DNA of 64,000 bases from NCBI GenBank assembly GCA_965219955.1, contig OZ244799.1, positions 1,920,001 through 1,984,000 on the forward strand. The letters run 5' to 3'. Below are positions 29,938 through 39,371 of the stretch, one piece after another. Within the stretch, counting starts at the first letter, position 1. Each line of letters begins with the position of its first letter. The DNA is from a bacterium (GTDB lineage: Bacteria; UBA8248). Made by a program: the position numbers and the translations under genes. The notes under the pieces are model-generated. The model did no database searches, was not told the DNA's origin, and worked only from the letters and a program-made list of their open reading frames with translations.

Positions 29938-30769
29938 GCCGGGTAGGCGGGGGCATTGCTGCGCCACTCCCCCCACAGAGCCGGACGTGCGGGCACTACC
30001 GCATCCGGTTCCTCACGTGTCGGGTTTGCTCAAGGACGTTGTCGCCCCTGATCCGCAGATGCCGGGAACCACAGCCCCCCGGCGCCTGGCATGGCTATCC
30101 GCCGCCGTTACGTTGACGCGAGTGACGGAGCTCAGTGTCTCCCCCGCGTGTCCCGTCAGCGGGTCCGATCACGCGGTGCCCCCCTTCCCTCGGACGGGTC
30201 CCGATGGCCACGGTTCCCCGCCTTCAACGGTAATATGAGGGCGCTACGACTCCCGACACTGCATCCATCGGACTTATTGTTTTCGCCTTTCAGTACCATG
30301 CGCGCCTGCTCTGTTCGTGCCGTCGCTCACGCGCTCCCGACGCCCCGCAGGCAGGGTATCATCGGGCCGGGGTTTGGATTTAGGGCCGGTTACACCCCCG
30401 ACCGGCCATCGTTCACATGGACAGTGCCGGGCCTCTCAGGTTCCCTGGCGACCCATCCCGTGACTTTGCAGCGTTCTACGACCCCGGAGGGTCCTGCAAC
30501 GCCTCACCCGTAGCGGCGTCTGCGGTGCAGCCCCCATGACACTTAAACACAAAGGCACCCTCGCATTACGATTTCGAGGCTCAATAGCGCTGCTTCGCCA
30601 CCCCCTGTGTACGCTTCTCGACGTGCGTTGCCGTCCGCCACGCAACACTCGGTTCCGGCTGGCTGGCATGGCCTTTGCCGCGCGGGAGTTGAACCCGCTG
30701 GGTCGCGATGAAGAGTTTCAGCGATTTCAGGTCATCACATCCTCCCTTCCAGAGCTTAGCCTGACGCAA
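29938..30769 (-). mobile_element. ORF-less group II intron (~830 nt)
   Basis: 5' TTGCG start; domain I motifs (ccggaaccgagtgttgcgtgg...gcgtacacag...tgagcctcgaaa); gggagtcgtag...gagggaagggg; domain V gaaccggatgcggtagtgcccgcacgtccggctctgtgggggg; domain VI ending cctacccggc; no RT ORF. Confidence 0.85.
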
Positions 30770-31409
30770 TAAACGTTCGGCGGCAAGGTGATGGAAGACT
30801 AGAAAACACAGGCTCAAGCTGGCTAGACCGCGTAATTCCTAGAAATGTCTTCGGCATCGCCTGTGTTATCACCCCACGACCGAACGGTTATTACCCGGCC
30901 CCCGACACTCGCCCGCAGGGATACGCAGGGGTTGGAATGAATCCGCTTGCGGCTTGATTACAGACTCTACGGGGCCGATTCGGGATCAGGCCGGAATCAG
31001 TTCGGAAAATGAGTTAACAGATATAAAATCAACGCGATAGCGAAATCTCAGACATGACGGAAAATTCTCGATAACCCCGGATTCCTGGATAATTCGATAA
31101 ATTCAGATAAATTCACGGGGTTTTTCGATAAATAAATGGGAATTTATTTGCTTTGAAATGACGCCGCGAAATCCGGGCGCAGGGGGGATTCTGCCATGGC
31201 CCGCCAGACCTGCGGTGACGGCAAATGCGGGGAGTTGCGGGAGCGGAATTCCCCCGGATTCACGGGTCACACGGTCCGCAAGGATCCGGAATCGGCGGAA
31301 ATCGCGATGATTTTACGGGGAGTTCCTGAACACAAGACAGGCGGAACGATTGTGATATCCTGCTTTAGGTACTACATGTAATATATTGATATATAGTCGG
31401 TTATTTATT

Positions 31410-31937
31410 TCATTTCGCACGCCAGCAGCGCGGGTCGTGAGGTTCGGGTATCCTGCCGACGCTCTCGAGGTAGGCTTCCGCGATCTTGGGCCCCATAAAC
31501 GTGAATTCCGCGCGAAATATCTTTTGAAGCGAGGGAAGATCGTCCGGCAGTGAGGCGAGATAGCGGTTGAACGAGCCGTGTTTTTTCTTGATGGCGAGGA
31601 ATTTCTTGGCGTTCTCGATTGTCGCCTCGATTTTCTTGCGGTTGCGCACGACGCCCGGGTTTCCGAGAATGCGCTCGATGTCCTTCTCGGTGAAACGGGC
31701 GACTTTTTCGGGTGAGAACCCCATGAATTCCTTTCTGAACGCCTCGCGCTTATGGAGGATGGTGCGCCAGGAGAGGCCCGCCTGAAAGATTTCGAGCGTC
31801 AGTTGCTCGAAGTGTTTCCGGGTCGTACGGACGGGAAAGCCCCACTCCTCGTCGTGGTATTTCTCCATCACCGGGTCGCCCTCGGCCCACGTGCATCTCG
31901 TGGGGTTGGGGATGTCTTTTCTCGTTCTGGGGGACAT
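31410..31937 (-). CDS. tag: DNA-3-methyladenine glycosylase I
   Basis: RCTW...YHDEEWG, LEIFQAGLSWRTILHKRE, VRNRKKIEA, HDPRC. Confidence 0.92.
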   Translation of the reverse strand: MSPRTRKDIPNPTRCTWAEGDPVMEKYHDEEWGFPVRTTRKHFEQLTLEIFQAGLSWRTILHKREAFRKEFMGFSPEKVARFTEKDIERILGNPGVVRNRKKIEATIENAKKFLAIKKKHGSFNRYLASLPDDLPSLQKIFRAEFTFMGPKIAEAYLESVGRIPEPHDPRCWRAK

Positions 31938-31963
31938 ACGCTCTCTCGACAGGCGGCTAGGGG

Positions 31964-32626
31964 CTACAGGGGCCACTCCTCCATCTTCCAGCTCATATCC
32001 CAGAAGAGGTATTCATACCGCGTGCCCATCAGGAAATGCGCTCGCATGCGCCCGCGCTCGGCGGGGCCCGCCGTCGATGCGGCCTCATCGAACATTTCGC
32101 GCAGCCAGCGGGCGAGCCCGGCGAACTCTTCGGACGCATAGGTCTCAATCCACTCGGCGTGGAGCGGCGCGTTTTCGGGTATGCCCCTGGCGGCGAGCAA
32201 CTCGCCGATGATGGCGTAGTCCCACTGGCAGGGGAGCATGGCGGCGGCGACTTCTCCGAACGTGCCCGCATAGGCCGCCTCGAGCAGGAAGTCGGTGTAT
32301 CCCTTGCACGTCGGCGCAGGCTTCGTCGCCTCGATCTCGTCCTCCGAGATGCCGAATTTCGCCGCGAACCCCCGGTGGAGTTCCATCTCGGTGTTCAGCG
32401 TGGCGTTCAGCAGGTCGGCGAAACGCCCCATCTCCGCCAGTTCGGGGGCCTTTGCGACGGCCAGGGCGATGACGCGGCTGTATTCCTTCAAAAAAATGTA
32501 GTCCTGACACATATAGAAGCGGAACTGCGCGAGCGGCAGGGTGCCGTCCCCGATGCCCCGGACGAAGGGGTGCTCGTGAATTTTTTCCCAAAGCGGCGCA
32601 GCCTCCGCGCGGAGCGCATCGCTCAT
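31964..32626 (-). CDS. tenA: Thiaminase II (TenA)
   Basis: HPFVRGIGDGTL, FRFYMCQDY, E.ELH, YTDFL, LPCQWDY, WIETY, EYLFWDM. Confidence 0.92.
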   Translation of the reverse strand: MSDALRAEAAPLWEKIHEHPFVRGIGDGTLPLAQFRFYMCQDYIFLKEYSRVIALAVAKAPELAEMGRFADLLNATLNTEMELHRGFAAKFGISEDEIEATKPAPTCKGYTDFLLEAAYAGTFGEVAAAMLPCQWDYAIIGELLAARGIPENAPLHAEWIETYASEEFAGLARWLREMFDEAASTAGPAERGRMRAHFLMGTRYEYLFWDMSWKMEEWPL

Positions 32627-32651
32627 CCTCGTTTCCGGGTTCAAGATGGCC

Positions 32652-32984
32652 TCACAGGTTATCGAGAATTTTTTTCGAGCGCCCCTTTTCCAGGGTTTCG
32701 CCGAAAGAATCGCCCAGGTCGACACCCAGTTGCTGGGCGCGCTTCTGGGCCCAGAGCCCGATGTTGCGATCGTCCTTGTAGAAGGAGCTGTCCTGCGGCT
32801 TCGAGGGGTCGAACGAATCGAGACGCTGGGCTTCCGTCTGATGCGAGGAGAAGCGCGACATGATTTTCCTGAGTTTCTTGTTCCCGCAGGAGCGGCAGGT
32901 GAGTTTTCTCCTGTCCGATGGCTTCATCACCAGATGGCCGGAGACGAAGCCGCATTCCCTGCACTCGTATTCATAGATCGGCAT
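32652..32984 (-). CDS. FmdB-family zinc-ribbon protein
   Basis: MPIYEYECRECG...CRSCG...LRKIMSRF. Confidence 0.85.
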   Translation of the reverse strand: MPIYEYECRECGFVSGHLVMKPSDRRKLTCRSCGNKKLRKIMSRFSSHQTEAQRLDSFDPSKPQDSSFYKDDRNIGLWAQKRAQQLGVDLGDSFGETLEKGRSKKILDNL

Positions 32985-34260
32985 CGGGTGAATCCCTCTT
33001 CTCCATCTCCGCGCCAAGTGACGCCATGCGCTCGCAAAAATCAGGGAATGTTACCGCCATCGCCTCCGCCGTGTCGACCGATACGCCCTCTTGCGCCGCG
33101 AGTCCGGCAACGGCGGCGGACATGACGATTCTGTGGTCGCCGAACCCGTGGGCCGCTCCGCCCCTGAGGCCGCCGCCCTGGACGATGATGCCGTCCGCCA
33201 GTTCTCTCGCTTCGCCGCCCAGCGATTCGATGACTTCGCGCATGGCGGAGATTCTGTCCGTCTCCTTGATGCGGGCCTGGGGCGTGTTGACGAGCCGGGT
33301 CTCTCCCTCCCCGAACGCGCCGAGCACGGCCATGACGGGCAGCAGATCGGGCGTGGCGTTCAGGTCGAATTCCCCTCCGCGCAGCGCATCGCCGCGGATT
33401 CGTACACCGTCCTCCGATACGAGAACCTCGGCCCCCATTTCCTCGACGAAGCGGAGAATCTCCTTGTCGCCCTGTGAGTCGTCGAGGTCCAGACCCTCGA
33501 GCGTCACGTCGCCGCCCGGCAAAGCGCCTGCGGCCACCAAAAAGGCGGCGGAACTCCAGTCGGCGGGCACGGTGACCTCGAATCCCGAAAGCGCCTGTCC
33601 GCCCGGAACGGTGAAACTGCGGTATTCATCGCGCTCGTATTCCAGGCCCAGACGGTCCAGCCACCATAGCGTCATCTCGACGTAGGGGCGCTCGTTCAAA
33701 TCAATCGGCTCGATGGTGGTCGTCTCCTCGCCGAAGGGCGCGTTCAGGAGCAAAGAAGACGTGAACTGGCTGGTCGTGCCGTCGACTTTCGTCCTGCCGC
33801 CGCGCCACGGGCCGCCGACAGCGACGGGCAGATATCCGTTATTGCTCGATTGCGCCCTTGCTCCCAGGTTCGAGAGCGCGTCCAGCAGCGGCCCCATCGG
33901 GCGTTTTCTGGTCTGGGCGTCGCCGTCGAATCGCGCTTCGCCCTCCCGCATCAAGGCGGCGGTGCCGAGCGCCATCCGGCAGGTGGTTCCTGAATTCCCC
34001 ACGTCGAGAATCCCTTGCGGGGCTTCGGGCCGGGCGCCGAAGCCCGCCACCGACCAGACGTCTTCCTCCTTGTTTATCCCGGCGCCGAAACTCCCGTAGA
34101 CGCTCGCCGCCGAGAGGCCGTCCGAAGAATCGAGGGGGTTCAGGATCACGCTTTTCCCGGAAGCCAGGGACGCGAACGCGACGGCGCGGATGGAGTGGGA
34201 TTTCGAGCCGGGAACGCCGGTGGTTCCCCTGGCGACGGATGGCCTGACCGAGAGTATCAT
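32971..34260 (-). CDS. aroA: 3-phosphoshikimate 1-carboxyvinyltransferase
   Basis: PGSKSHSIR, GNSGTTCR, RPMGPL, SQFTSSLL, DWSSA, RIKETDRI, DHRIVM. Confidence 0.96.
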   Translation of the reverse strand: MILSVRPSVARGTTGVPGSKSHSIRAVAFASLASGKSVILNPLDSSDGLSAASVYGSFGAGINKEEDVWSVAGFGARPEAPQGILDVGNSGTTCRMALGTAALMREGEARFDGDAQTRKRPMGPLLDALSNLGARAQSSNNGYLPVAVGGPWRGGRTKVDGTTSQFTSSLLLNAPFGEETTTIEPIDLNERPYVEMTLWWLDRLGLEYERDEYRSFTVPGGQALSGFEVTVPADWSSAAFLVAAGALPGGDVTLEGLDLDDSQGDKEILRFVEEMGAEVLVSEDGVRIRGDALRGGEFDLNATPDLLPVMAVLGAFGEGETRLVNTPQARIKETDRISAMREVIESLGGEARELADGIIVQGGGLRGGAAHGFGDHRIVMSAAVAGLAAQEGVSVDTAEAMAVTFPDFCERMASLGAEMEKRDSPDADL

Positions 34261-34287
34261 GACGATGAGCGTGTCTGGCGGCGGTTG

Positions 34288-34650
34288 TTAGCGGTCATCG
34301 CTCAGGTAGCGGCCCAGCATGTCGCGGGAGTGTTCATCCTCGTGGCAATCCACGCACAGATTCTCCCAGTTGCTCCCGTCGGGAGGGTTGTTCTTGTGGT
34401 TGCCGTCGCGGTGGTGGACCGTCAGGACGTGGAGGTTGTTTTCATCGAAATCCCGGCCGCATTTCGCGCAGAACCAGCCGTGGATTTCGAGCGACTTTCG
34501 TCTGTAATCCTGCGCGCTCTTGCCCACGCTTGCCGAGGACTTGAGGCGCGCGGCGATTTGTTTCGCGCTTTCGCCGGTAGGAGCGGCCGGTTTGGGAGCG
34601 CTTCTTCTCCCCGGTCGGCGTCTGCTTGCGCTGAATCTCGTTCTGGCCAT
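34288..34650 (-). CDS. YajD-family HNH nuclease
   Basis: CAKCGRDF...LTVHHRDGNHKNNPPDGSNWENLCVDCHEDEHSR. Confidence 0.88.
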   Translation of the reverse strand: MARTRFSASRRRPGRRSAPKPAAPTGESAKQIAARLKSSASVGKSAQDYRRKSLEIHGWFCAKCGRDFDENNLHVLTVHHRDGNHKNNPPDGSNWENLCVDCHEDEHSRDMLGRYLSDDR

Positions 34651-34784
34651 CGGATCAACCTCCCGTGTTCGGGAGCCATCCTAGCAAATCGCGCTATAAT
34701 GAGGAAGAGATGGATTGGACGACGATTGTCATCCTGGCGGATCAAAGAATGGAAAATGACATGCTTGCGCCGAGGAGAACCTGA

Positions 34785-35408
34785 ATGCGAAGCTCCCGGA
34801 GACGCTGGTGGCGGTGGCTGATCCTCCTCGTCTTGCTGTCCCCCCTCCTCGGGGTCGGCAGTCTGTACGGGATACGCGCCGTGGAGTCCTACGATCCGTT
34901 CTGTACGGTCTGCCACTTACAGGATCACCAGGATTATCTCGACGACGGGGCGCGCGCGGAGAACATGGTCAAGACGCTGGGCGGGTGGCACAAGAATGCG
35001 GGCGGCGTGAAGTGCATATCATGCCACGGGGAAGAGGGCATCACGGGGATGATCCGCACGACGATTCTGGCGAACAAGGACCTTTACAAATTCATCATCG
35101 GTGATTATGAGCAGCCCTCGCGCGTTTTCCATCCCATCCTCGATAAGGACTGTGTGAAGTGTCACGACGAGGAGCGTCTCCTGGAGTTGTCCGACGACGC
35201 GTTTCACGCCATCTCGGACCACGCGGAGCTCAAGGCGGACTGCGTGCAGTGCCATAATGGTCACCGCGTCGGGGGCGAGCGAGAAAAAGGGTTCATGGTG
35301 GCGGCCACGGCGCAGCCGCGTTGTGACGCCTGCCACGACGAACTGGAGCAAAAAGTGGATTTGAAGGATATTGAGCCGTTTCCCAGGAAGAGAGAATCTG
35401 ATAGTTAG
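34785..35408 (+). CDS. Membrane-anchored pentaheme cytochrome c (NapC/NirT-like N-terminus)
   Basis: N-terminal TM; FCTVCH, CISCH, CVKCH, CVQCH, CDACH. Confidence 0.85.
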   Translation: MRSSRRRWWRWLILLVLLSPLLGVGSLYGIRAVESYDPFCTVCHLQDHQDYLDDGARAENMVKTLGGWHKNAGGVKCISCHGEEGITGMIRTTILANKDLYKFIIGDYEQPSRVFHPILDKDCVKCHDEERLLELSDDAFHAISDHAELKADCVQCHNGHRVGGEREKGFMVAATAQPRCDACHDELEQKVDLKDIEPFPRKRESDS

Positions 35409-35483
35409 GGGCGTGTTTTCCCGGATTTCACCCGCCGCCTGATTCCCGGTATAGATCGGATTCACTGAAAGGACAGGCAGGAA

Positions 35484-36359
35484 TTGCGATTTTTCGTTTT
35501 GATCTTCACCGTCACCTTTCTGTGGGGTCTGAGCTTTCCGGCGGCCAAGATAGGCCTTCGCGGCGTGGAGCCTTTCACGTTCCTCTGGCTCAGGGGCATC
35601 ATCTCCTCGGCGAGCGTTTTCCTGATCATGTTCGCCCGAAAGATGCCGGTCCTGCCGCCGCGACCGTCCTGGAGAGGGGAGAGCCGCGATTTCTGGATCA
35701 ACGCCTGCCTGCACAACCTCATGTTCATCACCTATTATCACGGCGTGGACCACACCACCGCCGGGCGCGCCTCGCTGTTCCTCTACTCCCAGCCCCTGCT
35801 CCTGACGGCGCTCGCGGCGTGGATTCTGCCCCAGGAGAGGGTGGGCGTCCGCGCGGTTTCGGGCTTCATGGCGGCGAGCTTCGGCATGGTGCTCCTCTTC
35901 GGCGACAAGCTCTCATCAGCCGGCGGATCCACCTGGTACGGGGACGCCATCGTCGTCCTGGCGGCCGTGGTATGGGCGGTGCAGTCGATCTTTTTGAAAA
36001 TGCGCTTAAGGAGTTTCGACGCCTTCAGAATCACGGCCTGGACGCAGCTTCTGGCCGTGCTCCCGTTCTTCATCGTCGCCTCGTTTCTGGGCGAGCCCTG
36101 GCCCGACCTGACGGACGCGAACGTGCTCACCGGCGTGGGCTACAGCGGCCTCATCGGCACGGGGCTGGCCATGATCCCCTGGCTGTGGCTGCTGACGGAC
36201 TACCCGGCGAGCCGCGTGGGCGTGTTCATGTTCCTGACGCCCGTGTTCGGGGTCCTGACGGGCGCCTTGCTGCTCGCGGAACCTTTGACGATGCTTATGC
36301 TCGGAGGGGCCGTCCTCATCTCATTGGGCATATATTTTGTGAATTCCGATTCGAAATAA
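35484..36359 (+). CDS. DMT/EamA family transporter
   Basis: LWGLSFPAAKIG, ~10 TM helices, FMFLTPVFGV. Confidence 0.88.
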   Translation: MRFFVLIFTVTFLWGLSFPAAKIGLRGVEPFTFLWLRGIISSASVFLIMFARKMPVLPPRPSWRGESRDFWINACLHNLMFITYYHGVDHTTAGRASLFLYSQPLLLTALAAWILPQERVGVRAVSGFMAASFGMVLLFGDKLSSAGGSTWYGDAIVVLAAVVWAVQSIFLKMRLRSFDAFRITAWTQLLAVLPFFIVASFLGEPWPDLTDANVLTGVGYSGLIGTGLAMIPWLWLLTDYPASRVGVFMFLTPVFGVLTGALLLAEPLTMLMLGGAVLISLGIYFVNSDSK

Positions 36360-36523
36360 AACCGATAATTCTATTTATTTCAGTAATATATGAATTATAA
36401 TTAATGTTTTTTCTCGCTTGGCGAGTCTGTGCCGGCGTAGTACGGGTCGACGGAACCTGGACTGAGCCGGAGCGGACCGTCCTCCTCCAAATCGCTGCGG
36501 GCACGGGCAATTCGGGCATTTGT

Positions 36524-37570
36524 TCATCCTATCCGCCAAGCCGTCACGCCACCCTGCGCGTCGAGCGCGGCAAGCGCGCGCCCGTCCGGACGCCAATACA
36601 GCTTCGCCCCGATGCCCGCCAATACCGCGGTCCCGATCGGACGGCCATTTCCGTCTCTCTCGAGCGACCACACCACTACGGCGCCATCCCGTGCCGCCGA
36701 TGCCAGGCGCATCCCGCGGCGAGCGAAGGCAAGCGTCGTAACGGGTTGAACATGACGCTCCAGAACACCGGGCCGCGTGCCTTCGGGGCCATCTCCCTCG
36801 AAGCTCCAGACCGTCACCGCCTCCCCTCCGCCGGTGGCCAGAAGGGTGCCGGTATCATCGAAAGCCAGGGCCGATGGCTTGGCGGAATATCCTGACATCA
36901 TGGCGTCCTGCTCCGTGGAGCGACGCCAGAAGTGCACGGTGTTGTCCTGGCTGCCGCAGGCCACGATATCCCCGTCCGGGCTCAGCACCATCGACACCAG
37001 GGATCCCTGCCACTCCAGCTTCTGGCGAAGCTCGCCGGTGGGCGCGTCGAAGAACGTCACTCGGCCGTAACAGGCCGTCGCCAGCTCCCCTGCGCCCGAC
37101 CAGGCGATCGCGCTGACCGTGCTGGGTTGATCATCAGATCGCCAAACCTCCGCGCCGTCCACGCCATACGCGCGAACCTGCCGGGAGCAGGAGGCCGCCA
37201 ACCACTGGCCGTCCGGCGACCACGCCACGTTCTCCACCCAACCGCCCCCGATGTCGATAGCCTGTTGTACCTGACCTTCGGCGACACCCCAGATGAGGAC
37301 TCGTCCGTCCTGGCCGGCCGTAGCGAACGCGGTTCCGCTCGGGTGGATCGCCACCGCGAGCACACCGCCTTCATGAACCCCGCGCCGCTCCCAGGTGGTC
37401 GCGCCGGACTTGCCGTCGAATGCGTAAACGCCGCCCGCAGCGTCACCGACCATCAGCGCCTCACCACGCAGGCTCCAGCCACCGGCAATAGCGTAGTCGC
37501 CAACCGCCGCAGACCAGCCCCGGCGAAGAACACCCCTTGGGCCGTCGTCATTTTGAAGTGCCGCCGACAT
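36524..37570 (-). CDS. WD40 repeat protein
   Basis: Repeats TAGQDGRVLIW, VAWSPDG, CGSQDNTVHFW, SAARDGAVVVW; start placed at MSAALQ. Confidence 0.88.
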   Translation of the reverse strand: MSAALQNDDGPRGVLRRGWSAAVGDYAIAGGWSLRGEALMVGDAAGGVYAFDGKSGATTWERRGVHEGGVLAVAIHPSGTAFATAGQDGRVLIWGVAEGQVQQAIDIGGGWVENVAWSPDGQWLAASCSRQVRAYGVDGAEVWRSDDQPSTVSAIAWSGAGELATACYGRVTFFDAPTGELRQKLEWQGSLVSMVLSPDGDIVACGSQDNTVHFWRRSTEQDAMMSGYSAKPSALAFDDTGTLLATGGGEAVTVWSFEGDGPEGTRPGVLERHVQPVTTLAFARRGMRLASAARDGAVVVWSLERDGNGRPIGTAVLAGIGAKLYWRPDGRALAALDAQGGVTAWRIG

Positions 37571-37571
37571 C

Positions 37572-37799
37572 TCAATCAGCCTCGGCAGCCGCAATCGCTG
37601 CGATGTTGGCCAACAGCCATGCGGATGCAGCAAACAACTGCAACCAATCCCCACCGGACCTGATCCCGTAAGTCAGCATGCTGCCAATCCAGCAAAGGCT
37701 GGCAGCCGTTTGTCCGAGCCATTCGATGCTCCGCACCCTGGCTAGTCGGCTTCGCCTCGCGCCAGACGCGACGGCCCCTTCGTCGTTTCCCGTCAACAT
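37572..37799 (-). CDS. Small two-TM membrane protein
   Basis: WLGQTAASLCW...DWLQLFAASAWLLAN; abuts both neighbours in the operon. Confidence 0.65.
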   Translation of the reverse strand: MLTGNDEGAVASGARRSRLARVRSIEWLGQTAASLCWIGSMLTYGIRSGGDWLQLFAASAWLLANIAAIAAAEAD

Positions 37800-38923
37800 A
37801 CGCAATCCGCCCCACAATAGGAGAGGTCATCGAGATACATGCCCCAGTTGCGGTACTCTTTCAAGTCTTCCGCCGGCAGCCCCAACGAGGTCGCAATTGC
37901 TTTGGCGACAACGGCGAATCGTTGTCGATACTTGTAGATAAAGCAGAAGACGTGATTGTCATGGCGAACTGCGGGGCCGCAGAGAAATACTCCCGGTACG
38001 ATGGTTGATTCATCGTGTTCGCTCAGAAGCGGAAAGCCATCGTCGCGTCGCTCAAACAAATCCGCGATGAACTTGTGACTCCCCTCAAATCCGCCCGCCC
38101 ATAGTGGCGGCACGCGGGTTTCAAACCGATGCCCGTCTCGAGCCGTAACTTCATACATGGCGTTTACGCGAGTGACCGATTCGATAGGTGTGTGCGGAAA
38201 CAGCTCCACTTGCTCGACAAACCAGTCTTCACGCATCCGTTCGAGCGTAAACGGGGAAAGCGCGACACTGGGATCGGAACTCTCTTCCTCCCACGGACAA
38301 TCCTTGTCGAACAACCGCACTCGTTTGTCGCGACACGCCAGATGGTAGGCCACGTCGACACCACTTTCGTAGCCGCCCACAACGATGAAGTCGTCACCGT
38401 CAAGCTCTCCATAACTGGCGATGGTCGCGGTGTGACGACACAATTGGCTGCCGACAAACCCATTCAAGCGTGGGTATTGGAACTCGCCAGCGGCCCAAAT
38501 GACATGCCTGGCTTGCAAGGTCTCGTCGGCCGTATCAATACGAAAGCCGTCGCCAACCTTTGCTATCTGCATCACGTCGGTATCCTGGCGTACAGGTAAC
38601 TCAAAGAAATGTGCGACTGCACGCAAATATATCGCGTACTCTTCACCCGTCGGATGCTCAACCTCCAAACTGAAAGCGGGTGAAGTTCCAATCGCGATCG
38701 AGTTCAAATCGAGCATGCCAATCGAATTGGTTGGGTACGAGGGCGTGATGAAGCGAGTCTCGGCCGGCCATGAGGCGAACGATGCGCCGACCGTGTGACG
38801 ATCGAGAACTACGAAGTTCTCGATGCCGGCATGCCTGAGAGCCACCGCGGCGCCCACGCCTGCGGCGCCGGCGCCGACGATCGCTACGTCATAGCAGGTT
38901 TTACTGCTCTCGGCGCCGATCAT
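37793..38923 (-). CDS. NAD(P)/FAD-dependent oxidoreductase with Cys-rich C-terminus
   Basis: IVGAGAAG, WAAGEFQYP, VGGYESG, FCFIYKYRQRF, ends CGADCVC. Confidence 0.85.
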   Translation of the reverse strand: MIGAESSKTCYDVAIVGAGAAGVGAAVALRHAGIENFVVLDRHTVGASFASWPAETRFITPSYPTNSIGMLDLNSIAIGTSPAFSLEVEHPTGEEYAIYLRAVAHFFELPVRQDTDVMQIAKVGDGFRIDTADETLQARHVIWAAGEFQYPRLNGFVGSQLCRHTATIASYGELDGDDFIVVGGYESGVDVAYHLACRDKRVRLFDKDCPWEEESSDPSVALSPFTLERMREDWFVEQVELFPHTPIESVTRVNAMYEVTARDGHRFETRVPPLWAGGFEGSHKFIADLFERRDDGFPLLSEHDESTIVPGVFLCGPAVRHDNHVFCFIYKYRQRFAVVAKAIATSLGLPAEDLKEYRNWGMYLDDLSYCGADCVC

Positions 38924-39371
38924 GCAGATACCTCCTGTCGATATTCAAACCAGACATGCCTCGAATCCCTGCCGCATGCTCTGTTCATCGAGGTCGCGGC
39001 CGATGAAGACGAGCTGATTGCGCCGGGGCGAGTCTCCCCATGGAGAATCCGGCTGGCTGTCTATGAGCATGTGAACCCCCTGGAAGACGAAGCGACGCGA
39101 CTCACCCGCGAGGCTGATGGAGCCCTTCATTCGGAAGATGTCCACCCCGCGCTCACGGAGCAGTTCGCCAATCCAGGCGTCGAGCTTTTCGGGATCGACG
39201 TCACCGTCCCTCTCGATCGCGATCGAGCCCACCTCGTCGTCGTGTTCGTGCTGTGCGACCCAGGTGCGCTCGGCCTCTGGCCTGATTGCCGCTCCTTCCG
39301 CGTTCCTCAGTTGGAGATCGAACTCATCCGCGCCGTGCTCGGCGTAGAGGGCAACCCGCACCTGCGTGTCG

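Noticed and set aside
30896-30990. 7-bp closing stem and ggggccgattcggga resembling a tmRNA 5' end
   Set aside because: No GAC-continuing 5' motif, tag ORF or T-arm/CCA 3' end; no RNA family recognised
31060-31135. Short gataaattc/tcgataa repeats near the island-core boundary (possible integrase arm sites or iterons)
   Set aside because: Irregular and short, with no att core or tRNA identified
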